Origin: Styela clava
Lineage: Eukaryota
Assembly: GCF_964204865.1 (NCBI RefSeq)
Contig: NC_135253.1
Location: 4,526,001 to 4,590,000, forward strand
Direction: 5' to 3'
DNA: 64,000 nucleotides
Shown: positions 37,033 to 51,444 of the stretch, piece by piece
Layout of the letters: each line of letters opens with the position of its first letter
How positions within the stretch are numbered: the stretch's first letter is position 1
The notes under the pieces: model-generated
Database searches by the model: none
What the model was told of the DNA's origin: nothing
Seen by the model: the letters and a program-made list of their open reading frames with translations, nothing else
Translations under genes and position numbers: made by a program

Positions 37033-40000
37033 TTAACTCTGCTCAATAGCAGTTAGACAGCCTTTCAGCACTTGGACAATAGCCTGAAAAAAAGAAAAAA
37101 AAATGTTTTATGCAAACTCGAGTATAGTTGTTGCAGTAGCTAATGTTAATATGAATCAACCATTAGCAGGAAGACGTAAATTCAGATGATATTGTCAATC
37201 CATTGTATCTTCCGACCAGAGCTTCCAACATAATGGAGCGGTGGTTCCCACCCGGTGGGAAATTTGACGACTGCAGGTGGGAAATAGAATGCTCCTCTAA
37301 AAAATGTACGCACAACAACAAAATTATTAAATATTACACAATGAAAATCACAATATATGACATGAAGCGGAAATGACTCCCATTCAATTATGGAAACTTT
37401 ACTAAAATATCACGTTGTTCGCCATGATATTCTCATGGTGCTACTTAATTTATTTTGATTTTTGGTCGGCCGATAACAGCCTCACAGACATGTCTCGAAC
37501 GAGCACCAATGCTGACTAAACCTGTCATAAGTTAAATGAAAATTTTATTTTCATTTTATAGAACTAATTTGAGGGAAATAATTACCTTGGAATGTTTGAC
37601 TTCAAGTTCCCCAAGCTCGATTAAATTCTTCCTAAAAGCTGTAACACGTCGACCTTTGAACTCTGTTAATTCCTGTTTACCAACTTCAGAAAGCTTTTCA
37701 AACTTCTCTCGAGTTTCAACTTGATTCTTTTCTGCCTGAATACAGAAAATTGTAAATGGAAACTGGATCAGTATGAGCAATAAGCGAGCAACAAATACAA
37801 GATTCAAGAATATTTCAATTTTCAATAGAGCAAATATTAAGAGAAAATTACAAACCTGGTTTACATTCTTTCCCTTTGCTCTTGCTTTATCCAATTCTTT
37901 ATTTGCAGTTTCATAATTTGCCATAGCTCTAGCACGACGATATAGCAAGTCCTGTATAGTAAAACAATACAAAATAAAATATTCTGAACTATGTTTTAAT
38001 GTAATAATGTCCAGCAAAAGAGGATAATATTTCTTATATATCATTCAATCATTTGTTCAATAACAGTCAACTAACCTTGCATGCCTGAGTGTCACGCATA
38101 TAATAACGCAGAAGATCTGATAATTTTAAATCTTCATCTGATGAAACTCTCGACATCAGTTTCTGGAAAAATTAGACAATACAGTATCAATCAATTTGAC
38201 AGTCATTATATACATAATTGAAAATAGGCAAATATATTTTAATGCTAGTTGAGAATAGTATGGTGATCTAATTTATCAAAAACATAAAATCACATAAAAT
38301 GACATCTTACCCTGATTTTTTCTAACGTGTCATGGACTTTCAACAACATCCTAAATATGAAAAACAAAAATGAGTATGCAGGAATATAAATATTTTATAA
38401 ATATTATGTAGAACATGAGCCGGTAGATTCAAGATCTACGTTGCTACCACCGCATGATAATCAATAATCCAAATATGCAATTTTTAAACGAATTAAGCTT
38501 CATATAGAAATAAAATCTTTGCTATTGTATAAAATAGGAAAACTAACCAAGAACCTGGCAATCACAGATAAAAGCTTTAACAAAGGGATAGCCAAAGGGA
38601 TTAGGTGAGTGCAATTTAACCTGTAGGATTCAGGATAATAAAAATGAAATAAATGCATTTTGGGATGAAGCTACAGATATATTACAGCTACATACAAGAC
38701 AACCCAACTATACTGCTTTATTATCATTAAAACTGTTGTTTATATGGTTATTCAGACTTCACATTTGGTTTGAAACTTGGAGTGTCTATTTATTTAGAAA
38801 AAAAAACCTCAAACATCTGCATATGAATTACCTTATTACCTGCCAAAATTTGATACAAATATGACCACGAATGTACTTACCACATATTGTTGTTCCAACT
38901 TAATCTAGCAGCATGTTAATAGAATTTATTGCACATGATCAACAAGTATTTTATTCTGATATTCTATGGATCTGGTCATAAAGAAATCCTATATATATGG
39001 CCAACAGTTGGCTATGAACGTAGTCAAAGGATGGCTTAATGAAAGTGTAACTGCTAAGAAACTACCTGTCGAATTGGGATTGATGACTGCTTCCAATAGA
39101 ATATTCGATTGTTGCCAGAGACTGCAGATTCCTGGCAATAGTCAAGCAATCATCTGCACATTCTGAATATAAAATGCAAATCAGTATGTTAGAGTGATGT
39201 GGGTGATGTAGTGTTGAATTAGATGCTATCTATTTCACCAGAAATTCTCAGTTGTGACTCTTTCTGTAATCAGAAAACAAAAAATCTTACGTCTATGAGT
39301 CTTTGTAAATTTATCAGATTTCCCTGTTGCATCTTTAATTCTGCTGTGATATTCTGTGATGAATGATTTCTCATGTTCAAAAAAATCATCAGTATCCTAG
39401 ACAAGAAAATAGCTTTTAGTTGCATGAAATATCAAGCAAGACAAGAAATTGTATCTTAGTAATATCACTATCACAAGGAGCATAATTACGGTAGATGATA
39501 AAAAGTATGCAGACTTGAATTGACAAGGATCGAATGTTAGTCATGCCACAAATAGCAAAGGATTCGACTCTGATTACTACACTTCCTGGATTCAAATTGA
39601 CACAAGACAATTGAATTAAACATTGGTTTGGACTGTGATAATTGATGACCAACGCCACGTCAGAAAAAATGATTTGAATGTGTGTCACCACAGCTAATAG
39701 TCTATACCAGGGGTGTCCAACAGGTGACCCATGGGCCACAATCTGGCCCGCCAAGCAATTTAATGTGGCCTTTAAACACTCAAGTTTTTTTCCCATCACG
39801 CATGAAATTTGAATTCGAAATTATCCGCTGTGTTTCTAAATGTTCCGCCACATTGCCCACTGTATTTAATACTGCAAGACCAACTGACAAAATATCTTGG
39901 CACATCCCCAGTCTATACTAAAGCATTCGGAGCACAGCTGAAGAAGAAGGAAAATAAGTGAAAATGTAGCAACCTTTTGTCCAGACAAGATCAATGCCTC

Positions 40001-43000
40001 ATCAGCAGATTTTGTTATGTTCTTGAAAAATCCAGATAAAAGTTCTTTTTTGTTTTTGCCCCTTACATTCAGCTGTGAATAAATAGATTAGCACTTTTAT
40101 TAGCATTATAAAATGATACATATGATATCTAAGGCCCTGTAAATTCCACAAATATCCGGACGCTTGATCACATCTAAATATCTGAATAACAAAGTAAGAA
40201 TAGTACATCAAATTTTGTAAAACAAAACATCTTTAATGATGAACAAACTGAAAAAGAAGAAAAATGTTACCTCATTTTCATACACTAGAAAAACTTTGAA
40301 ATTGCTATCAGTTCTCAAGCTTGGATGTGCTGCAATTCTGCATAAGAAAATCTCATGCATTGCCACTGTTTTCTTAAAAATCGCCAGATATTCCCTGTAA
40401 GAAATGATATATAAATTGACAACATATAATAATTAATAACATACACATCAAAACATTTATAATAATATTGAGATGTAATTACAACAATCCATACCTTTTG
40501 CATTCTGAAATATGTGAAACTAATGTTGTGGTAATGAATAAACCAGCTATGAGCAACCCTGGATATCGAATATTTAATGCAAATTGTGCACTACAATTTA
40601 TTTTTAAATTTTGATATTCCAATATTGTTTTACGTCAAGCCTACCGGTATGTCCTGGACATTAAGATTATATCCAGTGAATATACAAAGTGGACCTGTTC
40701 ATATTTTTGACCTTAGACAACCGCAGCATGCATCACAGCTTCCAAATACCGTTATATTTCGCATCTCGAAAGTTACCGTATGTATTAGATTTATGCGAAG
40801 CGTTTCATCATGTTAATGTACTTTCCTAGAAACTTCTTGTTACTGAGTTCCAAATAAAGAAAACCTTAACATTTTGAATCACACCACAGTATACACACTA
40901 GAAGTATGATTTGAAAAAATCCCAAAATCCTTTTAATTTTTTAAACAGGTAATAGGTATATAAAGAAAATTTTGATAGTGTATCGAATTTTGCCTTCACT
41001 TACGCTTCAAGTTCTTGCTTCATTCTTGTGAACTCTTCTTTTGTCATTGATCCTTCACCTTCGCTCAATTTTCCCAATTTCTCTCGAGATGCTTCAAAAT
41101 CTGGCTTTGGAGGAGCAGGTGGAATCTAAGGATACATGATTAGGTTACATCGATATTTTTCCAGCAGCAATTCAATTTTAGTTCACACATTTTTTCGTAT
41201 AGTGTTTGCATAAATCATTGTTTAGCATTGGTAAACAAATAGTGACTTATACTTGCTGTATCTATGATTTACCTAAGACAAACTAATATATCAAATTCAA
41301 AAATATAATGCTTGAGTGTTAATATAGATATATTGTAGTGGTTATTAAAACTCTCCTCTATTTTTAACTGAATTTCACTAGCCTCAAAGACACTAAAAAA
41401 ACACTTTAATTCAACTGAATAATGATAGATTTTGTATATGGTGCACGATAGGGAAATTTTAAATTGTTCAGTCATGAAAGGGTCAACACAAATAAGTTAG
41501 TCATACCAGGGAAAGTACATTCATATACCATGAGTGAATCTTCTTCAAAAAATTTATTGACAGTTTATTTCTCTAATACTAAGCAGGCATCTTTAAAAAT
41601 GCTGTTGTTTCTTGATCAATTGAGTTTGAAGTTTAGTACTCAACAAATTTGAACAACGCAAGTAAGGTAATTTGGTAATATAATCATTATTTTTATGATC
41701 TCTCTGAAAGTAGTTTTAATTATTCCACAATTCTAAATTAATCTAAATTGTCTAGTTTCTTTGCTCATTATTTTCAATAAGCTGATTTTCGTTCACTTTC
41801 TTGGTGATGAAAAAAATGTTTACGAGCCAATTTATTTAAGATATACCAGTAAATATGAGCTGGGTAAATATGAGTGTATAATAAAAATAAAGTCCATAAT
41901 TGGGTAACCACATTGTACTTGAACAAACAACAGCAAATTTCGAGAAAGGTGACACTGACATCTATTATTATTTATTTATAAATTGAGAGGATATTTTATT
42001 AGTGAGTACAGATAGCCAAAACAGATATATCATTATTACAAATACATTCTAAAAATATTTTTGAATACATTCTAAATTGCGCCAGGTTTAACAAAGAAAT
42101 TTGCTTTTTCCTTCACAAATTATCATAAGTTGAATGACTGAAGAACTATATTGGCCCTAATTTCCAGGTGTCAAATGATCAAGAGGACATATTTTAACAT
42201 TAAATTATTCAGCTTCAATCAAAAAATAAATGAAGAATTTGCTATATCGTACATAAGTTCTGCAACTTCTGATGTATTTGAATATTTGATTGATTTTAGA
42301 CATGCCTATTTGTGAGCATTTCAATTTATTTAAGTCGATACCATACAACATCAGCCCAGCAAGGTACCAATCGACCTACTAGATCGCAACCCATTTCCTG
42401 TCCGTTGTATTCTATTGCTTTGTAACAAACAATAAAGATTTGTCATGGTACCATTATCAATACATATAAAGACTCATTATCCAATTATGAAGTGATACGG
42501 TAATGATTATAATCAATATACAAGACATTGTGTATTGACTAATGACTTCTTCAAACAAATTTGGTAAAAGATAGTAAGTTATTTTTTCAAATTTCTATGA
42601 AAATGAATTCACAGCTGACATTACTGAGATTGAATATCACATAACGATAAAAGCAATGGGCACTTAGCTAGCTGTATTGTTGCAATTTTATCTTATGAAA
42701 TATCTTAATAATGATAAGTGCATTATAAGCCAATAATTACAATGAAAATAAAGTTATTTATGTACCATCCTATCATCCTGCAGGTTGAGTTAAATTTGTA
42801 ACCAACATAAGGAAACTCCATCGAAAAGAGCCAAGTATTTGCTGGATTCTATATATGATAAGCTGATAACTTAAATCCTGTTAGTCATTCGGCATAGTGG
42901 TTACATTGCTAGTACAAGTATAGTGGGACTCAACATACTTTTCAATTTCACACATAATTTCTAATATAATCGTAAACTGAAATATATTCTTCCCAGAGAA

Positions 43001-44724
43001 TTAAGTTGCGTGCTAACACTAACAAATCCCTTTAATGAGCTATCTGTAGATAATGGTCATCAGTTAAAATTAATAAATCATCTTATCCTTCACGTTGTGC
43101 ATAATTTCAAAATATAAAAATAGCAATATCATACATAACATACCAGAATTTCACCAGAGGAAAATTTTTTATTCAGTAAAGCATCAAAAAATAGTACCGT
43201 ACCGTACTTCAAATGAAAAGTTCTAACAGAATATGTTTTGGGGCTCCCGAAGTATGCGAACCAAGATGGCGGACATCGGAATGTAATATGTGTACTAGGT
43301 TAGGGTTAGGCCATAATTTTAGCTATAAATACTACGGGAGGCTCTTGGCTAGTCTTCGAACTGATAATAGGACTAAAATGAGGAAAATTAGAAAAAAATT
43401 ATCGCCTAACCCTAACCTGTTACCCATGTTATGTTCCGATGTCCGCCATCTTGGTTCGCATACTTCGGGAGCACCTATGTTTTTATAATGTGTCCATTGT
43501 TATCCATACAGAAATACATCATTAGGTATGTGACCTGACACCTATACAATTAGAACAACCTGAACAGATATGATATGTAAAATAATACACCTACCAATAT
43601 TCCAGCATAATTTTCATTCTCCACATAAGCATCATGAAGCCACACAAATTCCTCATGCTGCCTTACGACAGAATATTCTGACTTCTCGAATTCTTTCATC
43701 GTTGTCTAAAACATGAAAAAGGGTTAATTTCACAATATTAGGACAAATTTTTGTATTTTTTTTCAATTGTTCAAATTGTTGGTAATATATTAAACAATGC
43801 ATGAAAAAACTAAAAAGGTGGAAAAACGCATAAGCATACACTCATTTTGTCTTCTCTCAAAAGATAAGAAGATGATTTTATTAAAAATGTGTAGATTAAT
43901 GTAGTTCAACATTAAATTAGTCCTGAGTATCTCAAACTGGGCCCTTTATCCTCTTTAGGGGTATACCAAGTATTTTTATAGAAGAGTATTTTTATAGAAG
44001 TGTTGAGAGCGTTTGAAGAGGGAGCCCTCGGCTTATCACAGTTTAAGAATCCTTAAACTAGTCCAATGGTAAACTGTAAAAAAAAAGATTTGTACTTTGA
44101 ATCAATGACAAATCATCATTACCCTGGTGTGAACAGTAAATTTAACTTTTTCTTTTTCACTGAGAGCATCAGATATATCAACAACAAGTGAGTTATCTGT
44201 CAGATCCACACTGACTGACCGTTGTGATTTTTCCCCTTCTTCAGAGAGCAAGTCAGGGCTGTCATCAAGTCCATCCTATGAAAATTAATAATAAATATTT
44301 GACATATATAGAGTTCTTAAATGGATTTTAATGAATTCAGTTTTCAAAATTCAGAAATTGAGTATGTCAGTATGTACAAGACCACTGTTAAAAAGCATTT
44401 GGACTATCAAGGCTATTTATCAGTAAATGATCAAATCAGACAATGCTGCAGTGCTGACAATATCAGAATGCAGGAATGTGTAAATATGGAATTAGGTTTA
44501 AAATAAAATGACTTAATGAAGGTGTCTGCAATTTCTTAGATCTGTAGATGAGCAAAGAGCAATTTTGTAGAACAATTTCAAATTGTTAAGGTCATGTATA
44601 TCAACCTTTTGAACAACTACACACCATAAGAGTACAGTACGGTAGTATTGCGATGAATAATTAATCAAAATACCGTACCGGTATACGGTAATAGCGTAAC
44701 ACAAATGAAAAATCTCACCATCAT
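37033..44724 (-). CDS. SNX6: Sorting nexin 5/6/32 family PX-BAR protein (~413 aa)
   Basis: Exons 44719-44724 (MM), 44123-44275 ([13 protein letters not shown]...[20 protein letters not shown]), 43595-43705 ([13 protein letters not shown]), 41004-41125 ([17 protein letters not shown]), 40271-40394, 39974-40072, 39291-39396, 39066-39162, 38311-38350, 38076-38162 ([13 protein letters not shown]), 37856-37951, 37586-37735, 37033-37083. All GT-AG and in frame. Confidence 0.95.
39708..39910. mobile_element. hAT MITE in an SNX6 intron
   Basis: Starts CAGGGGTGTCCAAC; perfect TSD GTCTATAC (39700-39707 / 39911-39918). Confidence 0.75.
43240..43475. mobile_element. GG-ended MITE with ~45-bp near-perfect TIRs
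   Basis: GGGGCTCCCGAAGTATGCGAACCAAGATGGCGGACATCGGAA / TTCCGATGTCCGCCATCTTGGTTCGCATACTTCGGGAGCACC; TSD TATGTTTT. Confidence 0.9.
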
Positions 44725-45231
44725 CTTTTCAAGTTATTAGCTAGCGTGGGGTTTTGGGCTCAGGAAATTATTTGAAGACTTCAGCATGCACGAGAAGATA
44801 AGAACTAGCTAGAATTTCCGGGTTTCCCTTGTTTCTGAAACAACACAGCCGGTATAAAGCAGCTCAAATTGCACAACTGACTGAATGAACAATACCGAAC
44901 CGTCGAGCAAAACAACCAACAAATTGCTACCACATGTAGCGCCAGAGAACCATGAACGAATCCCAATCACGTGACTCTCCAGATGTAGAAAACGTGTTGC
45001 GAAACACCGGCAAAAAAAACAGAAATCAGCGGGCGCTCGAAGTTGTGCGCCGAAGGCGAGGGGTTTACGGTTAATAATTCTTTCCAGCAGTATTTCAGTA
45101 ACTTTTGAATGAGCGATCAGCAAACTTGGCAGTACCATTGATTCTATCTTGTTGCTCTTTTAACTATTTTAGTGTAATATTCGGCACTGCTGGTCTCAGG
45201 TCCTCCACCTTCTGACCTTCCTGATTTCAAA
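44725..45231. promoter_or_regulatory. Bidirectional promoter / 5' UTRs shared by SNX6 and eIF3d
   Basis: Start codons are ~510 bp apart, head-to-head. Locally GC/CpG-richer, with CCAAT adjacent to TCACGTGA at ~44963-44974. Confidence 0.7.
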
Positions 45232-48200
45232 ATGACTGCGCAGTTTGTCCCACCAATAATCCAGGACAACCCTGATGGTTGGGGTCCAAGGCAAATCCCA
45301 GAGAAGTTCAAAGACATGCCATACCAGCCTTTCAGCAAGGGAGATCGTTTGGGAAAGGTATTGCTGACATGTTTAATACGGTACATTTTAACTCATTGTT
45401 AGGTTTTATTCATTGTGAATGAATCGAAATGAGAATTATATATGTTCTGTACTTGTATATTGTTTCAAAGATTCTGATGTTTGTCATGTGTATTTATTGG
45501 GTCTCATGTAGTTTCGTACCTAACATACTTCTAGTGGGCGAAGCATGACAATTTTTTCACGTATCAATCCTAACCCCCACCTGACTACACCATCCAAAAA
45601 TTACGTCAACACGACGTCACAGTGACGTAAGAGAGCCCTTCAAACTATACGAACTGCCATCCAAGACGCCCAAACGAGCACCCGAAACCAAACAGTTATT
45701 TCTCTCGTTTTCTCGTCGCAACGATTCCAATAAGTGAGAGATCAATAATGTCAGTCAGTTCTTTATCGTCGGCGTCAATGCCATTTCGGGCGATTGTACG
45801 TATATTTGGCAAGCTCTATGACGTGATTGTGATGTCGTAGTGACGTAATTTTTGGATGGCGTAGTCAGATGGGGGTTAGGATTGACATATCAAAAAATTG
45901 TTATGCTACGTCCACTAGAAATACGTTAGGTACGAAACTACACGAAACCCTATTTATGTATTGTGATTTTTTATACCATGGCGGAGTTATCAATAATAAC
46001 TTATCTCCAATCAATTGCAGAATTCGTTTCACTGTTTCAAGTGAATTTATCCCCTGTAATCAAGTTCAAATATAAAATGTTTAAATATTGGATTTCAGAA
46101 ATTGTAGAATGCAGAAATGTGGACTGTTCTAGTTTATGTATGTGTATTGTGAAATAATATTTTGATATATGCAATTTAAATTTTCTCCTATAAAAGGTTT
46201 CTGATTGGAGTGGAACAACATACACAGATCGGCGGTATATGAATAAATATCACTCACAATTTGGTGGTGGAAGTCAATACTCATACTTCCATGATGAAGA
46301 TGAAAGTAGCTTCCAGTTGGTGGATAATTCCAAGGTCAATACTGATTTTATTTATTAATTGTTCAAGAATTTTTTGTATTGAAATGTGGATATTAGGGCT
46401 ATATTGAATATTTTTCCAGGCTGCAACTGAGTATATATATCATGGTTTTGCAGCACAAAAATTTATCAGGGATATTTAACATAACATGAAGAAATTGTTC
46501 CTACAAGTTGTTATTCCCCTTTTTGTTTTCATATTGTAACCATTTAACAAATTGTGTTTACTATTTATATGGAATACACCGGTTCCAACTGTATTCACTT
46601 ATCATTAGAACGATGTAATTGAAAGACTCAATGTGTTTTGAATAACAGAGAAATATTGGTTGCAAAAAAATAAATAAAACAAACTTTAAATCATGTGTAT
46701 AACTGTATATACATCACTTTATTATACGCTATTGAAATCTTCTTCAGATTCAAAAGCCTCCATACCAGAGGAATAGGATGCGATACAACCAGTTTAAACA
46801 GAGGCAGCAACGGCAGCAGCAGAGAGATGGTGCAAATCAAATTGGACAACTTCCTCTCACTAAATTGGAGAAAAGTAGAGAGCGAGATCGGCAAAGACTT
46901 CAAAGAAAAATGCAGAAGCAATATGGTCAATCAAGACTACGATGGGGTAACAATAGATATCAGAATCAACAGAAAAGAAGAGATGCTTCTGTTAGAGTTC
47001 TGGAGGATTGGGAGGTTTGTATTATGCAATGATTAGTGTCTATTATAGATAAGTCTGATCAGTTCAATCCTCACTCCCACTTGCCAAAAGCTTCTTTTTT
47101 TATAAAACTATCGAGATATGGAATTGGTTTTCAACCTCTTTAGTGTTTGTGCTAATGAAGTAAAGTGAATGGATTGCATTTTGTTTGTGATTTTACTATA
47201 TATAACCCAATATTTATAACCTGCTTACAAGATATAATTTGAAAATAAATGAATTCAGGTCAAAGAAGAAATGGATTTCACTCGTCTTTCCAAACTCAAG
47301 CTTCCTGATATCGGTGAACCAAAGGATTTGTTTGTGTGTGGAGCTCTTGAGCAGTATGATAAATCTTATGATCGTGTCAGTGTCAAAGCAGAACGTCCAT
47401 TGAAACGTGTTAAGAGGATCTTTCACAAGGTTTACAAAATATTTTTCACTCAGTTTGGATGTCTTAGTGTTTTGATGGAATTTCTTTTTAAATCTTTGAT
47501 AGTTAACTACTTATGTTATTGGAAATTCAAAATATCTCATCTGATTTACTGCATAGTAGGAACTTATGATAATAGCAAATACCGGTATGGGTTTTGTATG
47601 ATGCACAAGTCATGACGGTTTATTAAATTAACGAAATTTGGAATGGCAATATTAAAATATCAATATACTATTTTTATAATCATGAATTTTAAAATGTTTC
47701 TTCATTCAAAAATATACACTCAATAGGTTACAACAACTGATGATCCTATTATTCGAAGATTGGCGAAATCACATGGCAATGTATATGCTACAGATACCAT
47801 ATTGGCGACTCTAATGTGCTGCACACGATCCCAATATTCTTGGGATGTCATCGCCCAACGTGTTGGACGGAACAAACTGTTTTTCGACAAGCGAGATGAC
47901 TCTCAGTTTGATCTTGTGACTGTCAGCGAAACTGCCAATGAACCACCGCAGGTATATTATCTTTCAGTATTTATCATATTAGCCAATATAAAATTTGGAA
48001 CATGTCTTATGATGGATGGTTACAATGAAGAAAAAGGCATAAAAAATGCAATGATTTCCTGAATGTAACTGAAGTTTCTAAGAATTAAAGAATCTCTGGT
48101 ACATTTCATGATATTGTGCTCATTTTAAGTAGGTGGCAGAAGTCGTGTTCTAAATGACTATTGTATCAAAATTAAAAATACTAGACCAGCGGTTTTCAAC

Positions 48201-50801
48201 TTTCAACAGTGGAATTCCAACGTAAAAAACATCCAGCGGCCAGAGGAATCCCTTCGTAATAGTTTAATTATCTTATGCAAAAAAACATTGAATATTTGAT
48301 TAATAATTGTATGAACTATAAATGGGACACCGTGGAGTCTCTGTTGATTATTACTGCACTAACCCCTGTTTAAAATATTGCCTGATTGTACGAAATCGTT
48401 GAAACATTTTGACAATGCATCTTACTGAATCTTAGTGTCATTTTTAACAGTTTTTGAAATCAATTATTTTTGTATATTTAGGAGGAGAATACAATTAATT
48501 CACCAGGGAACTTGGCACTTGAAGCAACTTTCATCAATCATAATTTTTCTCAGCAAGTTTTAAAACCAGGAGAAAAGCATAAGTTTGGCAGTGCCAATCC
48601 ATTTGTCCCAGGTTTGTTGAAAAATCCGTTTATGAATCCAATTTTAATTAGGATTAATAAAAATTGAGAGACTGTTGCGAGTCATTAAATACAAAGACGA
48701 AAAATATAAATATTTTCCCATTTCATGACTGCTGCATACATTTTATATAAGTATTTGCCTGTACATAAGATTTACGGTTTTAAATAGTTTGGTCTAGGGT
48801 TATGCATTTACTAAGTGCCCAAGCTGAGACGAGCTGACAGAAAGAAACTATGGAACTTCTGTTGGGAGAGATATGCACACTGGAAAACTAAGAATTAGGT
48901 CTTGTTCCAACTCTATTAGGTATAGGTCTTTTCACAATTTCCTTTCTATGTCAAAATTGATTGAGGTTAAAATCAATACAATTATTAGTTCATCGGGTCT
49001 TTTATTTCTGAAATATCTGAAATTTTTATTTGGTGTTCTGCAAGCAATTTAGGATTTAAAAAGTTGTTCCCTGGAACAATACAGGTTGAAAATCACTGCT
49101 CTATCTGTTAAATCATTATTCATAATTGTTATCAGATCAAGATGCCAGCAATGTTGCATCTGTAGCATATCGCTATAGAAAATGGGATTTAGGCAATAAT
49201 ATTGAACTGGTGGCTCGAACTGAACATGATGCTGTCATGACTACAACTGGAGGAGATACTTGTTTTATCAATGTCAAGGTTAGATTAAAGTTCAAATTTG
49301 ATTTATTTTATAAAAATGCTGTCATTGTGTATATTATGTTGAAATATCTGTTAGTTTGTTGTAATCTTAATACTTAGGCAGGCTATGCTGAATAGAAGAA
49401 AGACTCCAGCCTACCTATCAGTAACTTCTTGTTAGAGCCTTGTTCTGCGTGAAGTTGGTAAACATGATGTGTTGCTTTTATAATTTGTAACAATATATAA
49501 GTAATAATGATTTCTACAAGTCATACATAAGCAAGAAAGCGATGCTCAAATATATGGACATAAAGTCCGAAACGCTGTAGTAGGGGTATGCAATCTGTCA
49601 CAGTAGTGTAACGATACCAGCCGTCACGATATCATAAAAACTTGTTCCCCTAATGTAAAATTATACAGCTCATTTTAGATAAAATATCAGATCTTACAGT
49701 AAATTTAGGAACAGATAAAAGCAAAAAAATCTTCAACCACTGGAAACTTCAAAGCAATTGGTCCATTAGTGAATGAGAAAAGTGATTTTTTTCATAAGAT
49801 AACAAGAAGAATAAGAATAACAACAACATATTAACAAAACGATCCATAGATTCACTTGGTCCAACAATCATTTTATGTAAAAAAAAAAAAACGCTCAATA
49901 CTTTTCCTTCCAGACACTGAATGAATGGGACAGTCGCAGCTGTAATGGTGTTGACTGGCGTCGCAAATTGGATTCCCAAAGAGGTGCTGTACTTGCCACC
50001 GAGCTCAAGAACAACAGCAGCAAATTGGCTAAATGGACAATGTCTGCTCTTTTGGCTGGGTAGGTTTCTTCCTTTGACATATATATGATGTTGCGTTAAA
50101 TAATATGTATTAGATTTGCCCATATCTTATCACTTTGTCATATTTTACCGATTGAGGCTTTTTTTCTGTCACTCGTCACTGCCTATCTGTCGTTTTTTCT
50201 AATATTTTATTATACAAATGCCATCACAGATCGGAGTACTTGAAGATGGGATATGTGTCCAGAAGAAATGTTCGAGATACGGCTAACCATATTATTATTG
50301 GAACTCAACAATTTATTCCAACTGAATTTGCAGCTCAGATCAATTTGTCGTTGCCGAATGCATGGGGAATACTTAGATGCATCATTGACACTTGTATGAA
50401 ACTACCAGAGGGAAAATACCTTATTTTAAAGGTAATAATTGATAAAAATACAACTATATAATATGTAAAATTAGGAGAGATTTTTAGCATTCTGTAAAAG
50501 TTATTGGAAAAGCTAATCAACATCGATAATTATTTGTAGATGTGTTTATTTTGAGAACATTAGGAATTAGTTTGGTTTTTTTTTAATCTCACTGAAATTC
50601 TCACTTCTGGCTGTAAAGGAATATTACAAATATCTTATCAAATCGACTTTGATTCATGTACAGGATCCCAACAAACCAGTTGTCAGGATCTACAGCTTGC
50701 CTGAGGGAACTTTCAGTTCTGAGGAAGAAGAGAGTGAAAGTGACAACGACAGTGATGAAGATGACGATGATGAAAGGAGAAAAGGCGGAGAACGTCGTTG
50801 A
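45232..50801 (+). CDS. EIF3D: Eukaryotic translation initiation factor 3 subunit D (~561 aa)
   Basis: Exons 45232-45357 ([10 protein letters not shown]...[15 protein letters not shown]), 46197-46334, 46748-47014, 47259-47429, 47727-47951 (VTTTDDPII...LFFDKRD), 48482-48611, 49136-49278 (AYRYRKW), 49914-50059 ([21 protein letters not shown]), 50230-50431, 50664-50801 ([10 protein letters not shown], acidic tail). Confidence 0.97.
45499..45950. mobile_element. Foldback MITE with ~135-bp TIRs in eIF3d intron 1
   Basis: GGGTCTCATGTAGTTTCGTACCTAAC... / ...GTTAGGTACGAAACTACACGAAACCC; TSD TATTTATT / TATTTATG. Confidence 0.85.
49529..49867 (+). mobile_element. Diverged DINE-1/HINE-like repeat in an eIF3d intron
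   Basis: GCGATGCTCAAATATATGGACA start, AAAGCAATTGGTCC core, (AACAAG)-like tract and degenerate 3' end. Confidence 0.5.
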
Positions 50802-51444
50802 CCGATTATTGGGGATGGAATAAAATGAAAAAATTCTGCAAGCTGAATCAGTGATGTGCTTTGGTGTTTATTGCTAAACGGTGTTTGAAACAGAGAGAAT
50901 AATGTAATAAAAGAGTATTCATTCATGTAATTTTGTTTTAAAATTTTGTTCCTATAATAATCACAGATTGGGAAAATACTGTATGGGTCAATTTGTTTGT
51001 TATACCTGAAATTCAATTGAGTATTGGAACTTGGAAGACTCTTTTGGCCTATTCTGTGAAAGTATTTTAGCACTAAATCGGCAACCTATACTGCGCAAAA
51101 ACCTTGATTGTTAATGGACTGCATCAGCACTAGGACACGATAGTGCCCAACGTCAACATTGCCTGCTTGCAAACGTTGTTATGCGTTGCTTATCTTCACA
51201 TGAAATGTCACGCCGACGCTTGTATCGGCACCTTTGTGCGTTTGCTCCCACTAAACGTCAGACACAAGATGCCAACGCCGAGAAATAAACGGAGCCTTAT
51301 CGCTTAATGAGAATATTCCACGCAATACAGTCGGAGAAGCAGATTGTCAGTAGTAGAGGTCATTAATTATCGGATTTTTGGTAAAAATGAGTTGGTTGGC
51401 ACAGCATTAAATATAAACATGATCCGTTGTCGTAATTTTGAGTT

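Noticed and set aside
45195-45231. Possible spliced-leader trans-splice acceptor upstream of the eIF3d ATG
   Set aside because: It cannot be distinguished from an ordinary 5' UTR intron acceptor or a chance AG without transcript data.
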